A stretch of DNA of 64,000 nucleotides, taken from positions 96,001 to 160,000 of IMG/VR virus record IMGVR_UViG_3300008952_002488; one strand, 5' to 3'. The translations under genes were made by a program, and so were the position numbers. The notes under the pieces are model-generated. The model did not search any database, was not told the DNA's origin, and saw only the letters and a list, made by a program, of their open reading frames with translations. This DNA comes from a virus. How positions within the stretch are numbered: position 1 is the first letter of the stretch; each line of letters starts with the position of its first letter. Positions 36,238 to 46,438 of this stretch are shown piece by piece.

Positions 36238-37070
36238 GTGTTTTTGTGATTGCTGAGGTTGGAATTAACCACAACGGGAGTCTTGATATTGCGAAGCAGC
36301 TAATTGATGCCGCCGTCGAGGCTGGCTGTGATGCTGTTAAGTTTCAAAAGAGAACGGTGGATGTTGTATACACCAAGGAGGAGTTAGACAAGCCGAGGGA
36401 GAGTCCGTGGGGAACTACAAACCGTCAACAAAAATATGGACTGGAGTTTACCAAGGAAGATTACCAAGAGATCGATCAATATTGTAAAAATGCGGGCATC
36501 GAGTGGCTTGCATCTGCATGGGATGTAGAAAGTCAGAAGTTTCTACGTCAGTTTGATTGCAAATATAATAAAGTGGCGTCAGCAATGTTGACACATAGAG
36601 AATTGTTAAAAACGATTGCTTCGGAGAAGAAACATACGTTCATTTCGACTGGAATGAGCACCCTGGAACAGATTGATAAGGCTGTACAGATCTTTGAGGA
36701 CGCTGATTGTTCGTATGAACTCATGCACTGCAATAGTACCTACCCAATGCCGGTCGAAGATGCAAATTTAAAGGTTATGCACACTCTTCAGGAACGCTAT
36801 AATTGTAACGTTGGATATAGTGGTCATGAGAGTGGTGTTATCGTTAGTTGTGCGGCAGTTGCTATGGGTGCCTCATCTCTTGAGCGCCACATCACACTTG
36901 ATAGAGCAATGTATGGATCGGATCAGTCAGCTTCTCTGGAAATTGGAGGACTGAATAAATTGATGGAGTATGTCAGAGATATTACAAAATCTATGGGCTC
37001 ACCGGAAAAAAGAGTGATGAGGACAGAGGTGGACATTGCCGAAAAACTCAGAAAGTTTGACACCCTGTGA
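36234..37070 (+). CDS. neuB: N-acetylneuraminate/nonulosonate synthase (short form, no C-terminal AFP/SAF domain)
   Basis: IAEVGINHNG, DAVKFQ, ISTGMS, HCNSTYP, GYSGH, ERHITLDR. Confidence 0.92.
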   Translation: MSVFVIAEVGINHNGSLDIAKQLIDAAVEAGCDAVKFQKRTVDVVYTKEELDKPRESPWGTTNRQQKYGLEFTKEDYQEIDQYCKNAGIEWLASAWDVESQKFLRQFDCKYNKVASAMLTHRELLKTIASEKKHTFISTGMSTLEQIDKAVQIFEDADCSYELMHCNSTYPMPVEDANLKVMHTLQERYNCNVGYSGHESGVIVSCAAVAMGASSLERHITLDRAMYGSDQSASLEIGGLNKLMEYVRDITKSMGSPEKRVMRTEVDIAEKLRKFDTL

Positions 37071-37792
37071 GACAAATTTCTGCCCTCATTCCTGCAAGAG
37101 GTGGAAGCAAGGGAATACACAAAAAGAATATAAAGCTATTACATGGGCATCCTCTAATAGCCTATTCTATAATCGCTTGTAAAATGTCGGATATGATTGG
37201 TAGAATTATAGTATCTACCGATGATGAAGAAATAGCCGAGGTGGCGCTGAAATACGGAGCAGAAGTGCCATTTATGCGACCCGCTGAATTGGCAACCGAC
37301 AAGTCGAGGGACATGGAAGTCATTAAACACTATTTTGATGTAACTGGCGATGCAGATGTTGCATACATTAGACCAACAACGCCCTTGAGAGATCCAAAAT
37401 TTATTGATGAGAATATTAGAGAATATTTTCATACAAAAATATTGTGCTCAACGGGGGTTCGGTCCATGCATGAATTGCCAGAATCGCCGCACAAGATGTT
37501 CCAAATAGACAAAAATGGTTATTGCCGTGGTTTTTTTGATGATTTCGATGGGATAAAAAACTACACAAACTTACCGAGACAAATATTTCCGAAAGCATAT
37601 CAACCAAATGGGTATTTGGATATTGTTAAAAGAGCCACTCTTGATGTTGGCGATACGTTCGGAGATAACATTTTGCCCATTGTGACGGAGTTTGTCATAG
37701 AGGTTGATACACCATTTCAATTCGAACTTCTTGAGAGTCAACTTAATTCAAAGGGTCATGTTTTATTGGGTGAATTAAAAAATGAGCATTGA
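37067..37792 (+). CDS. neuA: CMP-nonulosonate synthetase (acylneuraminate cytidylyltransferase)
   Basis: IPARGGSKGIHKKN, VSTDDEEI, RPTTPLR, YQPNG. Confidence 0.92.
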   Translation: MRQISALIPARGGSKGIHKKNIKLLHGHPLIAYSIIACKMSDMIGRIIVSTDDEEIAEVALKYGAEVPFMRPAELATDKSRDMEVIKHYFDVTGDADVAYIRPTTPLRDPKFIDENIREYFHTKILCSTGVRSMHELPESPHKMFQIDKNGYCRGFFDDFDGIKNYTNLPRQIFPKAYQPNGYLDIVKRATLDVGDTFGDNILPIVTEFVIEVDTPFQFELLESQLNSKGHVLLGELKNEH

Positions 37793-39041
37793 GACAAAAC
37801 ATAGAAAAATTAATGCTGGATATAAGCTAGAAGAAACAGAACTCAATGACCGCCGCCACGAGTTAGAAACAAAAGCCAACGGACACCAAGTCCCTGTCGT
37901 TTGGGATAGTGCTATCGACTATAACGTTTTCGACAAGCAGGGTAATAAATGGATTGATATGACTGCCGGCATCTTTGCGGCAAACGCAGGACACTCCAAC
38001 CCAAAGATTAAAGAAGCTATTCAGAACCAACTGGATAAAAACCTTATTTTCGCTTATCAATATATAACGGAGATAAGACAGCAGTTTGTCGAAAAGCTTT
38101 TGGATAGCTCCCCAGATCATTTTGATAAAACCATCCTGATGAATACAGGCTCAGAAGCCACGGACGTAGCCTATAAACTGATCAAGTTATGGGCAAAGAA
38201 AAACAACAAGAAATATATTGTTACTTTCAATGGAAGTTACCACGGGCGGGTTCTTGGGTCTGCTTTAGTGTGCGGATCAAAGGGGGCAGCAGATTGGTCT
38301 TCGGTAGTTGATGACGATGTTATATTTATAGATTTCCCGACAGACCAGGGTGCCGAGTTTGATCCCACAATATTGGGAGATCCCGCTAATATTGCTGCAT
38401 TTATGATTGAAACATACCAAGGGTGGGCAGCGTGGATGTACCCTCCTCAATATATCCAGGCGCTCTATAAATTTGCCAGAGATAACGGAGCCCTTATTTG
38501 TTTTGATGAAGTTCAGGCAGGGTTTTACCGCATGGGTAAAATGTACGGCTATATGACTTATGGAGAAAACATCAAGCCTGATCTGATATGTTTAGGGAAG
38601 GGTATTTCATCCTCTTTGCCGATGGCTGCTGTCCTTGGTACAGAGGAGATTATTGATGTTGATTTAAACGCAAACTTGAGCGGAACTCATGCTGGTAATG
38701 CGCTAGGGTCTGCTGCTTGCTTGGCAAACCTTGATATATTAACCGACGAAGAGTTTCAAAGGGAATTAAAAGAAAGAGTTAACGCATTTGAGAGAAGAAG
38801 TCAAGACCTGTTAAAATATCAATGCGTGGAGGCTATCAACGCCAGGGGCATCGTCGCAGGTATTGTATTTGACACAACAGAAAGAACAAACAAAATAGTG
38901 TTTGACTGTATTGAGCATGGAGTGCTTCCTGTTTGCACATTTAGAGAATCAATTAAGCTTGGTCCACCACTAACGATACCAGTAGATGCTATTCATGAAG
39001 CTTTTGATGTTATAGAAGAGTGCATCCAAAGGAACCAGTAA
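37782..39041 (+). CDS. class-III PLP aminotransferase
   Basis: NTGSEA, SYHGR, FDEVQAG, PDLICLGKG, GTHAGN. Confidence 0.88.
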   Translation: MSIETKHRKINAGYKLEETELNDRRHELETKANGHQVPVVWDSAIDYNVFDKQGNKWIDMTAGIFAANAGHSNPKIKEAIQNQLDKNLIFAYQYITEIRQQFVEKLLDSSPDHFDKTILMNTGSEATDVAYKLIKLWAKKNNKKYIVTFNGSYHGRVLGSALVCGSKGAADWSSVVDDDVIFIDFPTDQGAEFDPTILGDPANIAAFMIETYQGWAAWMYPPQYIQALYKFARDNGALICFDEVQAGFYRMGKMYGYMTYGENIKPDLICLGKGISSSLPMAAVLGTEEIIDVDLNANLSGTHAGNALGSAACLANLDILTDEEFQRELKERVNAFERRSQDLLKYQCVEAINARGIVAGIVFDTTERTNKIVFDCIEHGVLPVCTFRESIKLGPPLTIPVDAIHEAFDVIEECIQRNQ

Positions 39042-39832
39042 TGCACCCGAATCTTTTGGCTTATGACGACCATGAGGTTTTTGATTCTAAAGAGAACATC
39101 TCTGTTTATCGAGCCTCAAAATTGAAGGGAGTTCGGAAGAATATCTCTTTCATAAAAAACAACTTTGACAAAAAGTTAAGAGTGCTTGAGATAGGGTCCG
39201 GAAACTCAAAATTCTTATACGCCCTAGAAATAGAAAACATGCTAGATGAAGGGTATGGATTTGAGGTGAGTAAAAGCAGAAATAGGTTCGCCGATGAGTG
39301 GAAACGGGATTTGGGGATTGAAAATGTTCATAACATCAAAGAGGACATTTTAAAAACAAGGTTTGACAGATTACCAACTTTTGATCTCGTTTATTGTGTA
39401 GATCTAGCCTTTCAGTTTTTGGAACCAATTGAATCAGAGGGCGATTTAAAAATTCTAAAGTCGATTTATGGTCGCTTAAAAAACGGTGGCAAAGTAGTAT
39501 TAGAGCTTGACTGTCACGAAAGACTTGTTAATAAAATGGAAGACGGAAAAATAAAAACATGGCAAGAATTTAAAGAACCAGATCCTTGGCAATATCTTCT
39601 TTGGGACTGTAACCTAAAGAATAATCACCTAACCTTGAATAAAACATTCATAAAGAGAAACCTCTCAGAGACATCAAAAAGTAATGTGGTATTAAAAAAT
39701 TATCAACGCTCTGATATACTTCATTTACTGTTCTTAGCTGGATTTGATAATATCCAAATATTTGAAAGCTGGAATAAGGATGACGACTTATTAGAAGATG
39801 AATTTATTGTGATTGGTGAAAAGAATGCTTAA
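39041..39832 (+). CDS. class I SAM-dependent methyltransferase
   Basis: VLEIGSGNS, FDLVY, LKNGGKVVL; start re-called to ATG 39041. Confidence 0.8.
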   Translation: MHPNLLAYDDHEVFDSKENISVYRASKLKGVRKNISFIKNNFDKKLRVLEIGSGNSKFLYALEIENMLDEGYGFEVSKSRNRFADEWKRDLGIENVHNIKEDILKTRFDRLPTFDLVYCVDLAFQFLEPIESEGDLKILKSIYGRLKNGGKVVLELDCHERLVNKMEDGKIKTWQEFKEPDPWQYLLWDCNLKNNHLTLNKTFIKRNLSETSKSNVVLKNYQRSDILHLLFLAGFDNIQIFESWNKDDDLLEDEFIVIGEKNA

Positions 39833-40256
39833 TATACGACACACTGGTATTGTTGTTAGTGACGCAGAGAAGTCAATAGATTTCTACACTAACCTTTTGG
39901 GATTTAGAATCAAGAAGGATATGATGGAGTCGGGAGATTATATTGATAATTTTTCTGCCCTCAAGAACGTCAGGGTTCGCACAATAAAAATGACGCTAGA
40001 GAATGATGATATGGTAGAACTTCTCTGGTACGAAACACACCCAGAAGAGCCTGATATGAGCCGACCAATAACCAGAATCGGATGTTCTCATTTTGCGATG
40101 ACAGTAAAAAACTTAGATGAAACTTATGAAAGATTAGTGGAGGCAGGAGTTTATTTTAACAGCCCACCCCAGTTATCTCCTGATGGGTTTGCTAAAGTTA
40201 CATTTTGTAAAGATCCTGATGGCAGTCTAATAGAACTAGTAGAGGAACTGCGTTGA
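39825..40256 (+). CDS. VOC/glyoxalase family protein
   Basis: RHTGIVV...FY..LLGF, VELL, HFAMTV, DPDGSLIEL. Confidence 0.85.
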   Translation: MLNIRHTGIVVSDAEKSIDFYTNLLGFRIKKDMMESGDYIDNFSALKNVRVRTIKMTLENDDMVELLWYETHPEEPDMSRPITRIGCSHFAMTVKNLDETYERLVEAGVYFNSPPQLSPDGFAKVTFCKDPDGSLIELVEELR

Positions 40257-41002
40257 GTTATTTGGATAGCGTATTCTCCTTATCTGGTAAGGTGGCTGTT
40301 GTTACTGGTGCCAACGGAGGTATTGGGCAAGCAATAACCTTATCTCTTGCGGAAGCAGGAGCCAGCAAGGTTTACGCACTAGATTTGGAAAGCAATGCCG
40401 AATGGCCAAATAGTAACATTGAGAACTTTTCCATAGACCTGCGAGACGAAAATCAGATTAATAATTTTGCCGAACAAGTTAGTCTGAAGCACCCTCGTGG
40501 GGCAGACATTTTGGTCAATTGTGCCGGAGTTACGTTTACTAATGATTTTTTTAACTACTCTAACGAAGATTGGGACATGACATATAAGGTTAATTTACTA
40601 GCCCCATATTTACTCTCAAGGAGTTTGGCTAAAAATATGCTCGGGGGCTCTATTATAAATATAACGAGCCTAAATGCCGAACTAGCCTTTCCCAATAATC
40701 CAGCTTATGTTACCACAAAACATGGCTTAAAGGGTTTAACAAAAACTTTAGCCCTTGAGTTGGGGAGAAAAAATATTAGAGTAAACAACGTTGGTCCTGG
40801 CTATATCAAAACAGAAATGACAAAGAAGAGTTGGTCAAATGATACAATCCACGAAGAGAGGAAAAAGAAAACTTTTCTTAATCGCTGGGGGACACCAACA
40901 GATATTGCAGGGACTGTATTATTCCTAGCATCTGACGCCTCTTCTTATATTACAGGACAAGACATTTATGTTGACGGCGGCTGGACCGCAAAGGGGTTAT
41001 AA
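40253..41002 (+). CDS. short-chain dehydrogenase/reductase
   Basis: TGANGGIG, NCAG, YVTTK, VDGGW. Confidence 0.9.
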   Translation: MSYLDSVFSLSGKVAVVTGANGGIGQAITLSLAEAGASKVYALDLESNAEWPNSNIENFSIDLRDENQINNFAEQVSLKHPRGADILVNCAGVTFTNDFFNYSNEDWDMTYKVNLLAPYLLSRSLAKNMLGGSIINITSLNAELAFPNNPAYVTTKHGLKGLTKTLALELGRKNIRVNNVGPGYIKTEMTKKSWSNDTIHEERKKKTFLNRWGTPTDIAGTVLFLASDASSYITGQDIYVDGGWTAKGL

Positions 41003-41003
41003 A

Positions 41004-41357
41004 ATGACATTAGAGATGACACATGTTGATAAAGGCTGGGGCTGGGAAAGATGGATCGTCAACAAAGAGGAGTATTGCGGAAAACTTCTATTCTTCAATA
41101 AAGACAAGCGATGTTCTTGGCACTATCACAAACTAAAGGACGAAGTATTCTATCTTCAGTCCGGTAAGATGTTGATCAAATATGGTGATGATGACAGCTT
41201 GGAGGATGCGAACGAGCTTATCCTTAATGCAGGTGACAATTTTCATGTATATAGAGGGCTTAGACATCAGATGATCGCCTTAGAAGACTCAGAACTTTTT
41301 GAGTTTTCAACACAGCATTTTGACAGCGACAGTTATAGGGTGGTGAAAGGTGACTAA
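41004..41357 (+). CDS. cupin (sugar-phosphate isomerase-like)
   Basis: KGWGWE, SWHYHKLKDEVF, RHQM; start re-called to ATG 41004. Confidence 0.8.
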   Translation: MTLEMTHVDKGWGWERWIVNKEEYCGKLLFFNKDKRCSWHYHKLKDEVFYLQSGKMLIKYGDDDSLEDANELILNAGDNFHVYRGLRHQMIALEDSELFEFSTQHFDSDSYRVVKGD

Positions 41358-42273
41358 AAAGATAAAAGTAAATTTGTTTGATAGCCTCGCACCACCCCAC
41401 TACGATGAATATTGGGGCTGTCAAAATTTCTCTAGTGAATTTGAACCAACAAAGATTGAGTGGCTTAAACAAGGAACAGGGCTCGGACACCCAGAATTTG
41501 ATGGAGTAACTGTATTTACAGACAAAGATTTATTGTCCCCCTGGGTTGATAATGTAAAAAGTAAATACAGGGTTGCCTGGATTGTGGAATGCAGAGGTGT
41601 TCACTCGTTTGCATATGACCACATAAAATTTGTGGAACACAAGTTTGATCATGTTTTTACCTTTGACAGGGAGCTTTTAGAAAGCAGCCCGAAATATGTT
41701 AGGAATTTGATTGCAACTTCTCGTGTTTCTGACGAGGATGCGGGACTACACAAGAAGAACAAGATGTTATCACTTATTGCCTCAAAACAGACAATGACCC
41801 GTGGCCACCGCCTTCGACACAAAATAGCAAATGCTATAAAGGATAAATACGATGTTGACCTGTGGGGAGGAGCATATAAGCCTTTTGGAAAAGGCAACAT
41901 AGGACTGACCGCCGGAGCTATTCGAGAAGGAAAGACCGAGCCCCTAAAAGATTATCGCTTTAGTATCACAGTGATGAATTCAAAAGAGGAAAACTATTTT
42001 ACAGAAACACTCGTTGATGTTTTTCGCCACGGCACTATTCCTATATTCTGGGGCTGCCCAAATGTGGGAGAGTTTTTTAACGAGAAGGGAATTCTACAAT
42101 TTGACACAGGGCAACAGTTGGTAGAAATACTCGATAACCTATCAGAAGATTTATATAACAGTAAACTAAAATACGTCAAGGAAAATTTTGAAATTGCAAA
42201 AAAATATGTGTCTATGGACGATACGTTTGCGGAGAATTTAATAAAAACTATACCGGAGCTTTTAGATGACTAG
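41350..42273 (+). CDS. GT10 (fucosyltransferase-like) glycosyltransferase
   Basis: YRFSITVMNS..ENYFTE...GTIPIFWG matches the GT10 motif. Confidence 0.75.
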   Translation: MTKKIKVNLFDSLAPPHYDEYWGCQNFSSEFEPTKIEWLKQGTGLGHPEFDGVTVFTDKDLLSPWVDNVKSKYRVAWIVECRGVHSFAYDHIKFVEHKFDHVFTFDRELLESSPKYVRNLIATSRVSDEDAGLHKKNKMLSLIASKQTMTRGHRLRHKIANAIKDKYDVDLWGGAYKPFGKGNIGLTAGAIREGKTEPLKDYRFSITVMNSKEENYFTETLVDVFRHGTIPIFWGCPNVGEFFNEKGILQFDTGQQLVEILDNLSEDLYNSKLKYVKENFEIAKKYVSMDDTFAENLIKTIPELLDD

Positions 42274-42664
42274 AAAATATTTGCCTACCTTATCCGAATT
42301 GATCGATAGGCTATCCATTGCCCAATTAAAAGAAGTGTTCATAACCGATCATAAAGAAGAATACGCAAAAGAAATTTCCGATATCTGTCACGACATCCAG
42401 CTAATTTTAGATAAAGCTGATGTTATTGATGCGGATACTATTCGTGCTATCGTTGTTCTTGCTCAAATGAATTTACATATTTGGCACAATGAATCAAATT
42501 ATAGGAAGGGAATCAAGGACGGTAACAATCTCGAACTAACACATGGGCTAAACGGAATCAGAAACACGGCGAAAAATAAAATTCAAGAACTTGCAGGCGG
42601 AAGAAAAGATTATAAGATCGATTGTTTAGCGGCTGAGTTTAAAGATTGGGACATCAGTTGGTAA
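42266..42664 (+). CDS. helical hypothetical protein of sugar clusters (ELIDRLSI motif)
   Basis: TLSELIDRLSI..LK, NLHIWHNE, NGIRNTAKNKI. Confidence 0.55.
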   Translation: MTRKYLPTLSELIDRLSIAQLKEVFITDHKEEYAKEISDICHDIQLILDKADVIDADTIRAIVVLAQMNLHIWHNESNYRKGIKDGNNLELTHGLNGIRNTAKNKIQELAGGRKDYKIDCLAAEFKDWDISW

Positions 42665-43149
42665 ACAACACATTCCCAGAAGTTGGAGTTTTTGATTCTG
42701 ACATGTTCCGAGACTATCGGGGCGATATTTGGACAACTTATAAAAAGAAAACATCCGCAATAAAACTAGATTTTATTCATGATAAATTTTCATCTTCTAG
42801 GAAGAGTGTGATTCGTGGAATCCACGGAGATTATAAAACTTGGAAGATGGTTAGTTGTATACACGGAGAGATTTATTTTGTTGTGGTTGATAACCGCCCC
42901 GACTCAGAAACATACCTCCAGTGGGATTGGATGATACTTGACGACAAAGAAAGAAAACAAGTTTTACTTCCGCCCGGCTTCGGAAATGGGTTTTGTGTGA
43001 TGAGCGATACAGCCGTTTTCAGTTATAAGCTCGCATACGATGGAGAGTATTCTGACGTTGATCAACAATTTACCTTAAAATGGAACGATCCTCGTGTTAA
43101 CATAGACTGGCCAACCAGTAATCCAATATTACAAGCGAGAGACAAATGA
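42646..43149 (+). CDS. rmlC: dTDP-4-dehydrorhamnose 3,5-epimerase-like protein
   Basis: DYRG, VIRGIH, PPGFGNGF, WNDP; exact start uncertain. Confidence 0.85.
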   Translation: MGHQLVNNTFPEVGVFDSDMFRDYRGDIWTTYKKKTSAIKLDFIHDKFSSSRKSVIRGIHGDYKTWKMVSCIHGEIYFVVVDNRPDSETYLQWDWMILDDKERKQVLLPPGFGNGFCVMSDTAVFSYKLAYDGEYSDVDQQFTLKWNDPRVNIDWPTSNPILQARDK

Positions 43150-43772
43150 ACATTCCAAATCATCTTAAAAAAGTTAGAAAGGTTTCTTTGAGTCCTCAAG
43201 AACTTATTGATTTTGAGTCTAAAGTTAGAGATACTTATGAGGCGGGAAAAGTCAAGGGACCAATCCACCTCGCCAAGAATAACGAAGAACAACTGATAGA
43301 AATATTTCAGTACATAAGTCCAGATGATTGGGTTTTTGTCCCCTGGAGAAATCACTACCACGCTCTTTTACATGGAGTTGATCCAGAAAAGCTGTTTAAT
43401 TCTATTGTAGAAGGTAGAAGCATGGGGACAAACAACATAAAGCCAAACTTTTATGCCTCTTCTATTGTGGGTGGCATTATACCTCTAGCTTTAGGTACCG
43501 CTCTTGCGCTAAAAACAAAGGGGTCCAATAAAAGGGTTTGGTGTTTTGTAGGCGATATGACGATGGAAACTGGTGTGTTTCACGAGGCATACAAGTACGC
43601 AAAAAATTTCAATCTCCCCCTTCAGTGGGTGGTCGAAGATAACAATATGAGTGTTCATACACCAACCGAGATGGCATGGGGCAAAAAACAAGAAGCACCT
43701 GATGGTGTCATTTATTACAAGTATGAAATGGAGTACCCCCATCACGGGACAGGAAAGTGGGTCAATTTTTAA
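43146..43772 (+). CDS. short PDH-E1-alpha-like ThDP enzyme subunit
   Basis: GPIHL, WRNHYH, SSIVGG, GD...EDNN; only 208 aa. Confidence 0.8.
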   Translation: MNIPNHLKKVRKVSLSPQELIDFESKVRDTYEAGKVKGPIHLAKNNEEQLIEIFQYISPDDWVFVPWRNHYHALLHGVDPEKLFNSIVEGRSMGTNNIKPNFYASSIVGGIIPLALGTALALKTKGSNKRVWCFVGDMTMETGVFHEAYKYAKNFNLPLQWVVEDNNMSVHTPTEMAWGKKQEAPDGVIYYKYEMEYPHHGTGKWVNF

Positions 43773-44309
43773 ATGAGTTATAAGAGTGAACTTATTAGGT
43801 CGATGGAGTGGTTATCTCGGAAAGAAGATACAATCTTTTTAGGACAAGCCTGCAAGGTTAGCGGACACGCAATCTCCAGCACTTTAGAAAAAGTCCCAGA
43901 CGAAAAAAGAATTGAATTACCAGTTTTTGAAGAAACACAGATGGGTATTTCAACCGGAATGGCCCTGGAGGGTTATGTACCCATAACAATGTATCCTCGC
44001 TTCGATTTCTTTATTCTTGCCTGTAATCAATTGGTTAACCATTTAGATAAAATGAGGGACATGTCAAAGGGTGATATGACACCTCGTGTTATTATTCGGG
44101 TTGCTATAGGGTCAAAGAATCCAATTGATGCAGGTCCACAGCACACCCAGAACCACACTGAAGCCCTTCGTAAAATGTTAACAGAGGTAGAGGTCGTAGA
44201 ACTTTATGAGGCAGAGGATATATTCGCAGAATTTAAGAACGCTTACGAGCGATTAGATTCAAAATCAACACTTCTTGTAGAATATGGAGAATTCTATGGG
44301 ACAAAGTAA
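43773..44309 (+). CDS. short PDH-E1-beta-like subunit (pyrimidine-binding domain only)
   Basis: ELPVFE, GMALEG, NQLVN, GPQH; only 178 aa. Confidence 0.8.
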   Translation: MSYKSELIRSMEWLSRKEDTIFLGQACKVSGHAISSTLEKVPDEKRIELPVFEETQMGISTGMALEGYVPITMYPRFDFFILACNQLVNHLDKMRDMSKGDMTPRVIIRVAIGSKNPIDAGPQHTQNHTEALRKMLTEVEVVELYEAEDIFAEFKNAYERLDSKSTLLVEYGEFYGTK

Positions 44310-45471
44310 ATTCACATGGCCTCTAATAAACGACAATATTACAGAATCAGATAAATACGCACTTATTGACTGGTTAAAAGAACCAAACGTTCGCTTCACT
44401 CAGTCAAAATATGTGCGAAAGTTTGAGGAAGAGTGGTCAAAATGGCTTGGCGTAAAATATACTGTATTTGTCAACTCCGGAGCGTCCGCCAATTATATTA
44501 TGGCATCTATCCTCAAAGAAATGAAAGGTAGAGGGGAAGTTATTGTTCCGCCCATAGGTTGGGTGTCTGATATTGCCCCTATTGTAAATCTTGGCATGAC
44601 GCCAGTCTTTGTTGATGTTGACATGAGCAGTATGGCTATTACTGCTGAGAATATTAAAAATGCTATAACCGACAGGACGATTGGCATTACTTTGGTTCAC
44701 GCTCTGGGGTTTGATGGACTTACAGATGAGCTTGTAAAAATAGCAAAAGAACACGATTTAATTCTTATTGAGGATTGTTGTGAGTCACATGGCGCAACCC
44801 ATAATGGAAGACTTGTTGGTTCTCATGGGTTGATGTCAAACTTTTCATTTTATTTTGGGCACCACATCACTACCGTAGAGGGAGGAGTTGTTTGCACTAA
44901 CGATGAGAAAGTTTATGAGCTTGCAAAAATGTTTAGATCTCATGGTATGATTAGAGAAGCTGACACTAAATTACAAGAATATTATGAAAAAAAGTATCCC
45001 GATTTAAATCCGCTGTTTACATTTGCTGTCCCTGGTTATAATTTAAGAAATACTGAGTTTAATGCTGTATTGGGGTTGCAACAAATAAAGCGTTTAGATC
45101 AGGCGTGTAAAATAAGGTCTTTCAATCTTGGTATATGGTTGGAGTTTTTGGATAGTAAAAAGTATTATACCGATTTCAAGTTTGATGGAAACAGTAATTT
45201 CGCACTACCGCTCATCTTGTTAGACAAGGACAAAAATAGAATGAAAAATGTGGAAAAAACCCTTCGCACTATGGGTGTCGAATATAGGATAGGAACAGCA
45301 GGCGGGGGAAACCAAGCCCGTCAACCATATCTGGAGGGATATAGACATAGAGTTGTTGGCGACCTTAAAAATGCAGATCATATTCATGATTTCGGTCTTT
45401 ATGTGGGTAACCATACAGATCTAACGGAAACACAAATTAGAGAACTATGTGAGGCTTTGAATGTTTGTTGA
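44284..45471 (+). CDS. colD: ColD-like GDP-4-keto-6-deoxymannose 3-dehydratase (DegT family)
   Basis: VNSGASAN, EDCCESHGA, SFYFGHHITTVEGG (His in place of Lys), RSHG, PGYNLR. Confidence 0.75.
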   Translation: MENSMGQSKFTWPLINDNITESDKYALIDWLKEPNVRFTQSKYVRKFEEEWSKWLGVKYTVFVNSGASANYIMASILKEMKGRGEVIVPPIGWVSDIAPIVNLGMTPVFVDVDMSSMAITAENIKNAITDRTIGITLVHALGFDGLTDELVKIAKEHDLILIEDCCESHGATHNGRLVGSHGLMSNFSFYFGHHITTVEGGVVCTNDEKVYELAKMFRSHGMIREADTKLQEYYEKKYPDLNPLFTFAVPGYNLRNTEFNAVLGLQQIKRLDQACKIRSFNLGIWLEFLDSKKYYTDFKFDGNSNFALPLILLDKDKNRMKNVEKTLRTMGVEYRIGTAGGGNQARQPYLEGYRHRVVGDLKNADHIHDFGLYVGNHTDLTETQIRELCEALNVC

Positions 45472-46438
45472 TTATAGAGATAAAAAAGTTTTAGTTACCG
45501 GCGGCACAGGTATGATTGGTCGCCAACTCGTGGATCTTTTAGTTGAGCGTGGTGCAGAAGTATCAGTGGTATCCTTGGACCCTCCAGCAGGACTGCCTCA
45601 GTCAGTAAAATTTGTCCACGGCAATCTTACAGAGTTTGCTGTGTGTAAGAGTTTATGTGAGGGTATGGATTACGTTTTCAATCTAGTTGGCGTAAAGGGG
45701 TCCCCAAAGATGTGCAAGGAGCAGCCAGCCGATTTTATGGTTCCAATGTTACAATTCAATACCAATATGATGGAAGCTGCAAGGTTGGCAGGTGTTGACT
45801 GGTATCTTTATACAAGTAGTGTGGGAGTTTATCACCCAGCAGAAGTTTTTAAAGAAGACGATGTTTGGTCCACTTTCCCGTCTGAGAATGACAGATTTGC
45901 AGGATGGGCAAAAAGGATAGGAGAGCTTCAGGCTGAAGCTTATAAAATTCAATATGGTTGGGACCGTGTTTCCATCGTGCGCCCAGCAAACGTATACGGA
46001 CCATATGACAATTTCGACCCAGAAAACGCCATGGTTATCCCATCTCTAATCAGGAAAGCATATGAAAACGATAAGCTGGAAGTTTGGGGTGACGGGTCCC
46101 CGATAAGGGATTTTATTCACTCCAGAGATGTAGCACTTGGGATGTTGCACATGGTAGAAAATGAGGTAAACGTCCCAGTCAATCTTGGCTCTGGAGAAGG
46201 GGTAACCATTAAAGAAATTGTTGATATCGTGGTAGAGAAATGTCCGAAGGATATTGAAGTTGTTTGGGACACCACGAAACCGACGGGGGACAAGAGAAGG
46301 ATTCTTGATTCCACTCGTGCGAAAGAGGTCGGATTCGAGACAACCATTAGCCTGTCTGACGGAATTGAAGAAACTATTGAATGGTTTGAGAAAAATAGGA
46401 GTGTAATCGATGACAGACACAACGCTTTCAGGAAGTAG
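45461..46438 (+). CDS. GDP-fucose-synthase-like epimerase/reductase
   Basis: TGGTGMIG, PANVYGPYDNF, VIPSLIRK, WGDGSPIRDF; active-site Tyr replaced (FAGWAK). Confidence 0.8.
   Translation: MFVDYRDKKVLVTGGTGMIGRQLVDLLVERGAEVSVVSLDPPAGLPQSVKFVHGNLTEFAVCKSLCEGMDYVFNLVGVKGSPKMCKEQPADFMVPMLQFNTNMMEAARLAGVDWYLYTSSVGVYHPAEVFKEDDVWSTFPSENDRFAGWAKRIGELQAEAYKIQYGWDRVSIVRPANVYGPYDNFDPENAMVIPSLIRKAYENDKLEVWGDGSPIRDFIHSRDVALGMLHMVENEVNVPVNLGSGEGVTIKEIVDIVVEKCPKDIEVVWDTTKPTGDKRRILDSTRAKEVGFETTISLSDGIEETIEWFEKNRSVIDDRHNAFRK

Noticed and set aside
43146-44309. Pyruvate dehydrogenase as a central-metabolism auxiliary gene
   Set aside because: Subunits are truncated, E2/E3 are absent, and the context is NDP-sugar synthesis.
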